Assembly (NCBI GenBank): GCA_043228905.1
Contig: JBHGNT010000007.1
Span: 6,882,001 to 6,946,000, forward strand
DNA length: 64,000 nt
From: Azolla caroliniana
Lineage: Eukaryota; Plantae; Polypodiophyta
Direction: 5' to 3'
The notes beneath the pieces are model-generated. The model did not search any database. It saw nothing but the letters and a program-made list of their open reading frames with translations, and had not been told where the DNA came from. The position numbers were made by a program, and so were the translations under genes. This document shows positions 51,755-64,000 of this stretch, in pieces. How positions within the stretch are numbered: the stretch's first letter is position 1; the number at the start of each line of letters is the position of its first letter.

Positions 51755-54092
51755 CTCATCGAACTGCCCTCTATATTCACCACCGTTGTTGGTTCAAACA
51801 ACCTTCAACTTCCGACCCAACTCTCTTTAGGCCCTTGTCTAGAACTCTTTAAAAAATGACAATACTTGATCTTTCAACTTTAGCATGAAAGCCCACAACT
51901 TTTGATTGTAGTCATCAATGAAAGTCACAAAGTACTGTCCACCACGATGTGAACATAACACACATTTGTTTGTACTAGTTCCAATGCATCTTCTCTTCTC
52001 CTTGGTGGTCTTGTGGGGAATGCAACTTTGTTCTGCTTTCCAACTAAGTAGTCGACACACTCTCTCCAAGTGCACTCCTTTCACTTATGGGAGAAGTTCC
52101 TGGTCGGCTAGGATGCGCATTCCCTTTTCACTCATGTGGCCAAGCCTCTTATGCCATAACTCTCCACTCGAGTCGGCTGCCACATTTGCTTCCGACTTGC
52201 ACATTCGGGCATGCATCATATACAAAGTGCCTTGATTCTATGCTCGAGCCACAATGAGGTTTCCCCGACAAAACTTCCACTTGCCATTTCAAAAGCTACC
52301 ACTATAGCCTTCATCGCCCATTCTTCCAGTCGATATCAGATTCAACCTAATATCGGGCATGTGTTGGACATCCTTCAAGATCCGCCGACAACCGGTATAC
52401 ATTGTCAGGCATACATTTCCGACGCTGACTATCTTGCATTCACCTTTATCCCCCATCTTCACATAACCATGATAATCGGTTGTGTAAGTCGAGAAACACT
52501 CTCTTGATGGAGTTATACATGGAAAGATGCACCGGAGTCGATCACCCAGGTGCACTCTTCACTTGCAAGATTTGTGCTTGCCTGCTCACAAATGAACAAG
52601 ATCTCCTCTTCACTTGTAGCTACGACTGATGTGCCCTTCTCCTCATAATTTTTTTTAGGTTCGACATCCTTTGAGGCACCTTTGTCCTTCTTAAGGTGTC
52701 GACAATCCTTTTGGAAGTGTCCAGGCTTTCCACAATAGAAACATGTGAGCTTACCTCTAGACTTGGACCTGGTTTGGGATTTGTTCCTCCTTTGTGGACT
52801 TCTCTGTCTATTCCTTCCTCTGCCCGAATGTTGTGTCAGATTCGATTCTGACTAGGTCAAGACACCCTTGTCCCTCCTTCTTGTCTTTACCACTTGTAGA
52901 GACAAGTTTCCCTCTTGACACGAGGTGCTGAGAGTCACCACTAGGTTCTCCCAGTTGTCCGACAAAGAACACATCAGTAGTAGAGCTTGCATAGCATCAT
53001 CAAGGGGAAACTTGGTTGTCGCAAGTTGGTTCACATACCTCATGAATGTGTTTATGTGCTCCACAACAATTTCATCGTCCCTGTACTTCAATCTAACTAT
53101 CTTTCTCATCAAAGTCATCTTGTTGAGGGCATTCTTCCTCTCGTACAACCCTAACAGTTTTTGCCACAGCTCGTAAGCATTTGTGGCGTTCGCCAAATGT
53201 TGAAGGACATTGACATCTACGCATTGTCTGATGGTGGCCACCACCTTCATGTTAAGGAGTTTCCATTCAGACTCTAATACCCCCTGTGGGTATTTGTTCT
53301 CTGTCGATGGGCTCGTATAGATATTTGACGATGAGAAGATCTTCCAGTCTGTGTAGTTGTGTGAGTTCATGACCATCATTCCTGGAAATTCACTCACACT
53401 TCCTTCCATCTTTGCACCTGTCGCGTTGATACTAGTTTAAAGAGATGGGATCGTAGATATGTGATGAAGATATGCTGCAATTTACACACATAACACGAAA
53501 ATAGCAAATACACAAGATACATAGAGTTTTACGTGGAAACCCTAAATGGGGAAAACCACGGGAATAGAGATCCACTATACAACAAAGAATACAAAAAAGG
53601 AGACAAGAATACAACACTCTTCTACATAGAGTGTATCAGCCACGCAGGGCTCTTGGCGTTTAACGTCACTCAGCTACGGTGCTGCTCACACTCTCCTTGC
53701 GTCTCACTTTTCTGTGTGCAACTACAAAAACTCTATTAAGCTCTACACTTTTTGTTCTACATCCTATAAGTTTGCCCTAGGTGTATTTATACTTATACAC
53801 AATATGGGCTATTTACAAATGTAGCCTCTACTACTATTATTCCTATTATTATAGTAATAATAGTAACAGTTAATCAGCTGATTGGTCGACTAGTCGACTC
53901 CTATGTCGACTAGTCGACCATCCAGTCGGCCCAACTAGTCGGTCATGTCTTCGACTTGGATCATTTATACAATGTTGTCAACTCTCCATGTCATCAACTC
54001 TCAGCTCTCGGCCCGACCAGTCGACTACTCCTTGTCTTCGACTGTCGACTCGAATAATCGGCTCCTCCCATAGGTGGGACATATTCCTAACA
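51755..54092 (-). mobile_element. Decayed Tork-like Copia 5' half (5' LTR ~53438-54092, degenerate PBS, gag, PR, INT start)
   Basis: gag 52852-53409 homologous to the intact polyprotein (GVLESEWKLLN.K.VATIRQ); GGQYFVTFIDD; LTR motif gtggaaaccctaaatggggaaaaccacggg. Confidence 0.88.
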
Positions 54093-55289
54093 ATTCACAT
54101 GCAATATTCATTGTAATAGCACACTCTTTTTATACCAATGGAGAATTTTTTTATGAAAAAAATAATAATGCAAGTGAGGGTTGTGGATCTATGTCAAAGA
54201 GGAAGGGCTATTATGACATTCATTAGTAAATCGAAGATGGAGAGAATATTTTAGGACATTACCAACCCCAAATTTTCAACAGGAAATTATATTAAAGTCT
54301 CGCGTTTGAAAATGACAAGGGAATAGATGTGAATGCATTCATAGGATGATGATTAAAAAATGAGATCACAAACCAAGGGTTGAGAACCACATAAAATGGT
54401 CTTCTTACCTAAGCAAACACGACACATTCTCTTTGAACTATGACATATAGCTATGGAACAATCTATCCATTGTGTCTCAAATTGCCTAATGATTTGATGT
54501 TTGCTTATCATGGTGCATTACTCCAACCTCAATTATCAATTATGCATGAGATGAATTGATTGATAATCTTTGTTGTACTTGAAGAAAAGTTAAGGATGAA
54601 AATAAGTCTCACTAAAGTATGAGCAATGATGTTAACAATGCATGGGCAAAGTCATCAATTCGGAGTGATCAATTTCTCTAAAACTCCATTTAGCCAAACA
54701 CATGTAATGAGCCATTTGGGATGAAGTTAATTCCTCGACCAATGTAAGGCAACAACAAATGTGCCACCATGGGGCATAGCCAATTTGAGGGGTAGGGCAT
54801 GAATGCAGCAAAGCTTATAAGCAGCCACAAGGTGCGAGTTAGGAGTAGCATCGCCCATCGTCATGCTCCGCAACAAAGAGGGGTGGGGGGGCTTGAGCAA
54901 GCAGACAAACAAGCAAGCAAGCAATACCTATTGAACAACACAACACAAGCACTAATAATATCACTACGATTGCTACTAGTTTGGGGTTTAGGGGTTGTTC
55001 GGTTTAAACTTGAGCTTCCTTAAATGGTTTGAGCTCGGTTTGGGATGGCTCAAGCCAAATCGAATTGATTTGGGCCAAATCAATTAAGTCTTAATTGTCT
55101 TGGCTAAACCGGTTAAGGCTAACTGGTTTGTCCGTTTAGGCTTGATCGGTTTAGACAAACCAGTTAGCCTAAACCGGTTCAGTTCAAGTTCGGAAACTCC
55201 CAAACCGGTTAAGGCTAAACCGGTTGAGCTGAAACTGAAGAGTTGTCGAGTCCTCCTGGCTACTTACTACTAATCCTCCTCCTCCTACT

Positions 55290-55291
55290 GC

Positions 55292-55388
<97 letters not shown>
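55290..55388. repeat. Compound microsatellite (CAA)n(CTA)n upstream of the YTH gene
   Basis: Direct reading; followed by (CA)n and poly-C at 55560-55628. Confidence 0.95.
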
Positions 55389-55389
<1 letters not shown>

Positions 55390-55556
55390 AATTGTACTAC
55401 TACTATTCCTACTATTACTTCTTCTTTCTTCTTCTTCTACTATTGGTAGGTCCTTGTGTGTGTGGGAGAGAGAGGGAGAGAAATCCCTAAATGTAAAAAG
55501 GAGAACAAAAAAGAAGCTCCTTCTCCTCCCACCATCTCTCTTCTTTCCCTTCCCCC

Positions 55557-55590
<34 letters not shown>

Positions 55591-55869
55591 TTCTCTTCCT
55601 TCTTCCCCCCCCCCCCCCCCCCCCCCCCAGACAAAACCAAACAAGAAAGAACAGCACGGTTTCGTAAACGCTATCGACCGCCTTCCTATCTTAGCTCCTC
55701 CATTTATCCTCGTCGGCCTCGCTGTGTTGCTGTACCGCTGCTCCTACCTTCCCTTCCGCAGTGTTTCTTTTTAGTGGAGGGATTTCTCCTGTCGCCCGCG
55801 TTTGTTTCGAAGACTGGTTACCCGTCGCCTGTATTCAGAATTGATTGTCCGTGAGAACACTATACCTTC

Positions 55870-56720
55870 CTCTGTATGGTCCAAAAGGTATGTGGAATAT
55901 GCTCAATCATTTCTTATCAATCATTCGGATCCGTAGGCTTATGTTTGCCACGTTTCGCTTGTGATTTTACGAAGCTTTACTGCGTCATGAGAACTCCATA
56001 GGTTCCTCAACACACGTTGAAAAGGTATATGAAAACTGTTTTGTAGTTTCTTCTCAAGCTTTCGGACTTGTAGGTTACACCGTTTTGTCTGTGCTTGTAT
56101 GAAGGTTTATTCAACTATGAGAACATCGGAGCTTATCCCATACAGTTAAAAAGGTATGCGGAGGATGTTCGTTGATTTCATCTCGAGCATCTGGATCTGG
56201 AAAATTAATGATTTGGTTACTATTCTTTCTGTAATGTTATGAAGCTTTACTGGACTTTGCCATGCCATGGCTGCTTCTAAAAAGTTCAGTGTTTTATTCT
56301 TAAGCTTTGGGATGTATGAGCTTTTGTTTACCACATTTCTTTTTGTTTTATAAAGAAGCTTTACTGGACTGTGAGAACGCCACGGCATTTTCTATATAGT
56401 TCAAACGGTATGCCAGAATGCTCAGTGTTTCCTTCTCAAGATTTTGTGTCTGTAAGTTTGTGCTAACCATTTCTTCTGTGATTATCAAGTTTTTTTTGGA
56501 CTGTGAAAACGCCATATCTTCCTAAGGTATGCTGATATGTTTCAGCGATTTCTTCTCAAACTTTTGGATATGTGCGGTTTTTTAACCATGTTTAGTCTTC
56601 TGTGAATGAAGGGGCACAGAACGTCCGCTTTACAAAGCTTTACTAGACGGTTAGAAAGCCATAAATGCTTCTGTATATTTCAAAAGGTATTCTAAAATGT
56701 TCATCAGATTATTCTTTAGC
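55870..56720 (+). repeat. Degenerate ~120-160 bp tandem array, most units carrying an AAG|GTAT donor-like motif
   Basis: Recurring gaagctttactggactgtgagaac..ccat..aaaaggtatg..gatttcttctcaagct motifs, about 7 units. Confidence 0.7.
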
Positions 56721-57299
56721 TTTTGTACGTTCTCTTCGAGTTGATTATTGTGATATTCGTTTTAAAATGGGCCTGCTTGTGTCTCTATGAATGCAAACAG
56801 TGAATTTCTAGACTTCTCGTTTGTAACGATTGTGGAGATAAGAGTTGTTACTGTCCAGTGGAGGTCTCTAAGTTTCAAAAGAAGTTTGAAGGTCGAGAGA
56901 TACCATACGCAATGGGAACTAATGTTCCAACAGCAGACAGTATCCTCATTTAATATTCTTATTTATACTTTCATGTGCTTTGTCTAATTCTAGATCAAAA
57001 GTAGGGGCAAAATGTATGATTTTGGTGCCGCTGTTTGGAATTATCTGATTCTAGATCTAAAGTAGGAAGAACATACATGTTCTAAAGGACATTTGGGAAA
57101 TACTTTAGGGAAAGTTGAAGAACTACATGATTTAAGTTCACTTCTGCTGAGGTAGCGGACCGTGATGACAATACTACCTAAGCAAGAAAAATTGCAAAGA
57201 GTAAATGAAATTGAAGTTTTGCTGCAGTTTCAAAGGTGAATCTGTAGATTCAACAGATGTCAAACTATCAGTGTGGCAGGGTATATGATAGAAAATCCA

Positions 57300-57600
57300 T
57301 TAGCTATGCTCTCTATTACTCTGTGTGTGTCAGACCTTGAGCTCCTATGCCTAATTTATTTCAGGAAATTAAAGACCATTGTTTTACAAACATATATAAC
57401 TGCAAAATATGGTTCCAGGTAGGATCTGAATCTTGGATATGGTTCTTTATAGACATAGATTGACTATTCAAGATTCAGATTCTTCATGGAACCATATTTT
57501 GCATTTATACAGTATCATCGAACTCCGGTTTCTAACTTCCTGAAATAAATTAGGTGTTGCAGCGTGAAGTCTCACATGTACAGTGCATTAAGATCAGTGT
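57300..57600. repeat. Long imperfect inverted repeat (fold-back/MITE-like) in YTH-gene intron
   Basis: Nested pairs cctaatttatttcaggaa/ttcctgaaataaattagg, gcaaaatatggttcca/tggaaccatattttgc, atctgaatcttg/caagattcagat. Confidence 0.85.
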
Positions 57601-57793
57601 TCTACGATATTATATAAATGCTATATATGTTTCCTTGTAGAATCTGAAACTTGGCTTGTAAATTTATGCCTTTCAAGATTAGGCTGATAAGTCTCAGCAC
57701 AAGTGCTTGATTCAAGACCGTATTCTTCTCTTAGATACATTGAAACTGCTTCAGAGCTCAGAATTTTTATCCTTGATGTTGCATGAACATTAG

Positions 57794-60700
57794 ATGTGGC
57801 AGATTTGCTTCAAAATCTTCAAGTCGATCCACAGGTGAATATGCGAGACAATTTAGAGGTAAGATTTTTTCTTGATGTTCTTGTCTTTGACAAATGGTAT
57901 TATTTTTATACATATAATAATGCTATTCATAGGTGCAACCAAACCAAAATTCGAGCACCCAAGGAGGGTTGGATCCCTCGGGAACGGCTATAGCTGATGC
58001 ATCCCATGTCCAGGCAGGGTATGGTGGGATGGATGGTGGAATGTATTATACCTTGAATGGTTATCCAGCTCATCATGGGTACTTCATTGGTGGTAAGTAA
58101 GAAGACAGTTTTTTCAATGAGAAGAATATTTTCAAAGGACTGGAAGTTATTCAGATTTTTTGATTTTGGTTGTAGAAGTTTATCTTGTTCTCCTGACATC
58201 TGACCTCTTTATTAAAAAAACAGGTTATGACTATCCTATGGATTGGGATGATTATTCAAGGCATGTCGTTGCAGAAAGTGGCGACTCTCAGAATGCAGTA
58301 AGACTTCTTATTTGAAGTAGATTTTGCCATAAAATCTCAAATCATACATGCTCATTCTTTTTCTTTTCAGGGAAACTTCAGTGACAGTGGAGCTCTTGTA
58401 TATCATCCTTCTGGCTATGCTTATAACCCGCAACATCTATATGCACCTTACACATCGGGAGCTCCTATGCGGGGTGATGGTCAGGTATATGGTGCACATG
58501 GGTACTCTTATGCTGGCCATATGTATCAACAACCTATAGCTTCTAATGCTCCATTTGTCCCTTCTAACCTTGAGACGTCAACGGTAACTACGAGAGAAGG
58601 TAGTAATGATGTATCGGCTAGCACTGTAGCCAGTGGAAACAATGGACCTTCAAGTGGAAGGTCTGGTTATGTGGAGCACACTGCAGGTCTACATGGCCGG
58701 GGAGTTCTTCCTGTCATAAGTTCACAGGCATCGTCAACTCAGGATGTAAGGATTGGTTATGAAGGTGGAAGAGCAGGTGTGCTGTCATGGACAGATTTTT
58801 CTAAAACAACTGAAAATCAACAAAGGCACAATGTATCTTCTATTGGGCAACATACCAGACCCTTGGCACCTTTACTAGTGAGTAAAATCGATCATTGATG
58901 TTCATCTCTGGTTGAATGCGTTTATACTGGAAAAATACTAAAATACTAAAATACTAAAATACTAAAATACTAAAATACTGGAGTTTCCTTTATTTCCCGA
59001 AATGCCATTTGTCAACCCCCAGAAAAGCTATTATATATGTTATTTGAGCTATGATGTGGTTAATTCATCCCCATCTTAATTGTATATGCTATTTAATGTC
59101 CAATTATTTCCCCCTTTCTCTCTTTGGGGGCTGACCTGGTGCATTTGGGAAAGTAATGAAAATAGGGGCATTTGGGCAAATAAAGAAAAACTTGGGCATT
59201 TCAAAGTTTTTCACTTTCTTTGATAGCCATTTTCTTATGCACATTTGTAGTTTTCTATCCGTGCTGCTGCACTAACAGAGTCGTTTTTTTGAATTTAAAG
59301 CCCCATATTCCACCCAATCAGCAACATCGACCTCGTGCTGGAGTATCATCCACATCTGGAGGACTCGGGAGGGCTTATCAGCCATCTGCTCGGATGTATC
59401 CAGGTTCCAACCCTGGAAGGTTGGGTATTTCACCTGGTTGGGAACCCCGAGGGTCTGGGCGCAATTGGTATGCTTTGGAAAAGGAAAAGTCGTGGGGCAG
59501 AGGGAGTGAAATACTGAACAATGGAAATCCGAGTTGGGACATCCTTAATGAACAAAACAGAGGACCTCGAACAACAAGAGGTAGATATCAGCGAATTAAC
59601 CCTGGTGCTGTGAGGTATGTAAGAGCTCAGGGAAGCTTAAGTGCTTCATCTGAAAGTGTAAATGTGCCTATAAATAAAGACCAATACAACCATCCTGATT
59701 TCGTGTGCACCTATGAGAAGGCGAAGTTTTTCATCATTAAGTCGTACAGTGAAGATGACATCCACAAAAGCATCAAATATAATGTATGGGCCAGTACAGC
59801 AAATGGGAACAAGAAGCTCGATGCTGCATACAATGAAGGGCAGTTATCTGGGAAATGTCCAGTGTTCCTCTTTTTCTCTGTAAGTCTTGGACCTTATTTT
59901 TCAACAAGGGCTGTCTGCGATTTTCTTCTTGCAGTGTATTATCTAAAGGAAAACTGGTCTCTATTTTTAGGTTAATGCTAGTGGGCAGTTTTGTGGTGTA
60001 GCTGAGATAGTTGGACCTGTTGATTTCCACAAGAATTTGGAATTCTGGCAGCAAGACAAGTGGACTGGAAAAGTGCCTCTCAAGTGGCATATTGTAAAAG
60101 ATGTTCCTAACAGCCAATTTAGACATATCATTCTTGAGAACAATGACAACAAGCCTGTAACAAACAGCAGGGACACACAAGAGGTTTGTATGATTATCTT
60201 TAAAAACAAGTCATAATTGGAATGGGGAGCAACATAAAATACATTTGGTTGTGGTTTGATAACAACTGATTACCAACCATTGTGAGTTAAGTATTAAAGT
60301 GCACTGGAGAATTGCCTTTCAAGTGGCATATTGTAAAAGATGTTCCTAACAGCCAATTTAGACATATCATTCTTGAGAACAATGACAATAAGCCTGTAAC
60401 AAACAGCAGGGACACTCAAGAGGTTTGTATGATTATCTTTAAAAACAAGTCATAATTGGCATGGGGAACAACATAAAATACATTTGGTTGTGGTATGATA
60501 GCAACTGATTACCAACCATTGTGAGTTAAGTATTAATTCTAGTTGGTGCAGTGGTTGAAGCTAAAGCAAAGAAATATTGTATTCCGTAGGATATCATATC
60601 AGCATTCAGGGCAATGTGATTGGTACATCTATTGCTATAATAAATGAGCTAGGCTCTCGGTAATACATGATGTTTGTTCACATGAGATTCAGCTACAGAA

Positions 60701-61423
60701 GACAAATTGGTGCACGATGTTTCCTTACTGTGACTCATTATCTTTGTTCGTAGTTTGTTTTCAAAGCATATTTTCCTGCTGTTTTTCTTTTGAAACGTTT
60801 TCGTAGTTTGTTCATAGTTTGTTTTCAAAGCATATTTTCCTGCTGTTTTTCTTTTGAAACGTTTTAGGCTAAAACAATATTTCATTTGAATAACATATTC
60901 ACACTTTCAAATATGATATTTGCATATTTACCGTGCAGGTACCCTTACACCAGGGGTTAGAAATGCTTAATCTTTTTAAGAGTTACAATACCAAGATATC
61001 AATATTGGATGATTTTCAATTCTATGAAACTCGACAAAAATTCATGCAGGAAAAGAGGGCCAAGCAACAAACCCACCTTCAACAGCACCAGGTATTATAT
61101 GCATATTTTTTAATCAATCATGTGGTCATATTGGTTGATTTAACATATAGGTTGTGGTAACTTATATATGTGCCTGCAATGATGCATAGATCATCCACCG
61201 CGTGAACGGCAAAGAAGTGGACCAGAATAATGCTGCACAAGTGGATCTATCAGGAAATAAATGTGATACAGAAATAGTTGGCAGGAATGAAAAGCCAACA
61301 GATGGACATAGCATGATTGATAACTCAAACACCAGACTAACAGATGAATATCAGACCACTGGAATATCTAAAGAAGTGGTGTTGGGACAAGGAGAAGAGG
61401 TTTCTCTTCATTCTGAAAAGTAA
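57794..61423 (+). CDS. ECT: YTHDF/ECT-family m6A-reader protein; exons 57794-57858, 57933-58092, 58224-58297, 58371-58877, 59301-59879, 59971-60183, 60939-61091, 61190-61423; start codon in an unresolved upstream exon
   Basis: YTH motifs [95 protein letters not shown]; Y/P/Q/G-rich N-terminus (ADLLQNL). GT-AG introns keep the frame. Confidence 0.93.
58980..59195. mobile_element. Probable MITE in YTH intron, preceded by (TAAAATAC)n
   Basis: TIR-like gtttcctttatttcccgaaatgcc / ggcatttgggcaaataaagaaaaac; TSD not resolved. Confidence 0.5.
60058..60536 (+). repeat. 239-bp tandem duplication of the 3' half of a YTH exon plus downstream intron
   Basis: 60058-60297 repeated at 60297-60536, including the GAG|GTTTGT donor. 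Confidence 0.92.
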
Positions 61424-63459
61424 TGCTAAGATGAGGGCTTTTGAAAAGGAAGATGTTTTCATTGGTTAAGGGTAATATTTCCGGTAGTGAAACCAGAGGA
61501 GTTATTGTATGTGTATATGGTACTTGCTTTGGAACAACTAGGGATCATCATATATATTGGACTGACTCGCTTACAGAATATTATAACAGTGTAGCTTAGT
61601 GGTATTTGGACAGGGAGCACCATTGAAGCTTCTTCTCAGTATTTAGTGATGAAAGGAGTATTTTCAGAAATTTGGGTTTTCCGTATGGAATCGATCAATA
61701 GCGGGATAAGATGATCAGATTGAAGTTGTAATTCCAACCCATTGAGCTAAAAGAAGGAAATGAATATGAAGTTTTGGGTAGGAGGCAAGTTTTGATAGTG
61801 CTGTTTTTTCTTTCACTTTTGAGTCTTATGGCAAGAAAAAGAGCTTATATATTTGAAGCTCTGCGACGCCTGAAATTTTGTAGATTAACTTCCTGAAATG
61901 ATTGGTTTTAGAAAGGCTTTTGTAATTTTCTTTCTTTTCAGGGTTATGTGCACTAGCAGAATTTTCTGCTATTGTATTTAAATGCTGCTGTTAGAATTTA
62001 TAAATAGTATGGTTCTGGTTTGATTATGAGGATTTTTGTCGACATGTTTCTTCTAGGTTTAATTGATATTGGTTCTATTGAATTAATTGATATCTGATGA
62101 ACGAAGCAAAAAAGAATTTGGATATTGCAGATGTAACTGAATATTTGTTGGTATGTTTGTCCGTACATCTGTGTAAAACTGCTTATATCCTGTGGATTGT
62201 TAGCAGTTCAATAATTTAATATTATACCTTCTTAAGTGCATCAAAATACTTAGAACTACCTGTTCTGTTGATGAGATCATCAATTAACCTTAGTTATTGT
62301 AAGCTTGATCAAATTCTTTGAGTGAATAAAAGAAAGAAATATTTTAAAACTTCTAATTCTTAGAAAACAAAAGAATCTTTTTATTTTGAAACCACTCTAA
62401 TTCTTACAAAAGAAAAAAGATCCTTTTGTATGAAAAGTCCAACAAAAGAATAACAGAAGAAACTGATAGATTTCACTGAAGCCATTTTCTTCTCTGCAAC
62501 TCCAAGAAGCAGACTCCAGGTAATCACCAAGTGGGTTCTGAAGGAGGATATGAGGAGGTCCCCACCCTCCTCTTTGTGTATCTATGATTAAATGAGAACT
62601 AACAAACAAGAGCCCATGGGCGCTTAGCAATTCATTCACTATATACCCACTAAGTATTGCTCATTGGTTAGAAATTGAACCTATGTCGGAGAGTATTCAT
62701 ATTAGATATCTAGAAACTTGAATGGGGCTTCAAATGAACGTGAAATAGTTCTTCAACTGACAAACTGTAGTCTCTGCTCATTTGGTCATTTGTTCCTAGA
62801 GTGCTGTTTCACCCAGACTCCACCCTATATTGACAACAAACTTGATCGGGCTGTTGGCATGCAAACAATAGTGGTGGGCTGCTGTAGTATTGCTTGTGGT
62901 GGGCTGTAATATCACTTATTTAAGCTGATTCAGGATTGTTTCATCAATCAAATATTCTTTTGAGACGGGGTTGCTCATCAAAATCCCAAATTTACCTCTT
63001 CATAATGGGCCATGGAAGATATTGCGATGAATATAAAACTAAGTAGAGATCTGCTGGGGTCTTTGCGCAGCCCCCATCATCTAAAGAATTAGATAAAACA
63101 CTCATCCACCATATCAAATTATTTCTAAGATCGATCCTTTTCTGACCAAGCAATGATATTGTTTCCCTCCATAACTAACCAAGGTATGACAACTTTATCA
63201 TGCAGAAATTTGCATGTGAATTGATGAGTTTAGATAGACCTTTGTGGAGAAATCATTCGTGTATGTGTAAAGGAGCTGATCTATCACTGAGCTGTAGCCC
63301 TAGGTCAGTTTTGAGAAGCAGTAAGTATTGTATCAATACCCATCAATCCCAAAGAATCTATGACCTTAATTTGTCTCAAAGATAGACAGTTGGGTAAAAG
63401 CTGGAGTGGACTTGTGAATCGTAAATTAATACCATTTTTGGCAAAGGGTAATTTAACTA

Positions 63460-63638
63460 ATAGGAACAGGGCGCTGTTCCTGTATTGCCAACACTCATGC
63501 CTCTCGATGAACCATTTGTAGCACTCATAGCTACAGCTCTGACTTCATTATTAGCCAACAATTGTTGCACTTCGTGAGTAACATTAATCTATAGACCTAC
63601 CAGATTCCATCCCTTAACAGCTAGCAAGTTGTAAATAT
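63460..63638 (-). pseudogene. atpB: Nuclear plastid DNA fragment (NUPT) of ATP synthase beta subunit
   Basis: Minus strand reads [52 protein letters not shown], matching plastid AtpB IYN.L.VKG...[36 protein letters not shown]. Confidence 0.88.
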
Positions 63639-64000
63639 CCTTCTATACTTATATACAACTTAGCCAAGAAAGGATTGTAGGTTAGTCTCTTACAACTGTA
63701 CGCAATAGTCAATTTGGCCTTCCTCCATGGCGTTCCAAAAGGTAGCCCCAATATCTAACAGAGTATAGTACTTAATACGTTGGATAAATGCTGAATGAGC
63801 AGTACACGAGTCATGGATGACACAGTTAACGATTGAACTACCAGTGCCGTAAGGGAAAATGTACAGTTAATACCATATACATTCTTTGAGTTTCAAGCTG
63901 GCTTATGACCTGATCACGTGAGCCTAGAGCAGAAAGCAAGCATTGGTGTACTGATATAGGGTTCTCCTTTGAAATCCGCGCACCATGCATGCTCCATCAA

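Noticed and set aside
55243-55449. PolyQ/polyL ORF
   Set aside because: Translation of the (CAA)n(CTA)n microsatellite.
60750-60866. ~66-bp intronic tandem duplication
   Set aside because: Real but unremarkable; no coding or splice consequence evident.
62400-63120. Possible minus-strand exons of a downstream gene
   Set aside because: Some splice-like signals but no recognisable protein or consistent frame; cannot be supported.

Overview
Eukaryotic land-plant nuclear DNA. A fern or other seed-free plant is inferred from the Tcn1-like and tRNA-Trp-primed Gypsy elements and from the editing-like signature in an atpB insert. Positions ~1.2-54.1 kb are a dense nest of LTR retrotransposons. These include several decayed Ty1/Copia elements and one intact, very young Tork/Tnt1-like Copia (25970-31297; LTRs identical by eye; TSD CAGAT). 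There is also a self-priming Tcn1-like chromovirus tandem whose RT core is replaced by (TTTAGGG)4, and a small non-autonomous LTR element carrying scrambled plastid-type HSP70 fragments. A GC-rich tRNA-Trp-primed Gypsy family is repeatedly nested in itself, always at 4-bp NCGN (CpG-centred) target sites. Positions ~55.5-61.4 kb hold a spliced YTHDF/ECT-type m6A-reader gene with a repeated donor-site array near its 5' end, an intronic fold-back, and an in-frame partial duplication of a YTH exon. A plastid atpB fragment (NUPT) lies near 63.5 kb. All calls were read by eye with no alignment or database search, so boundaries of decayed elements are approximate.
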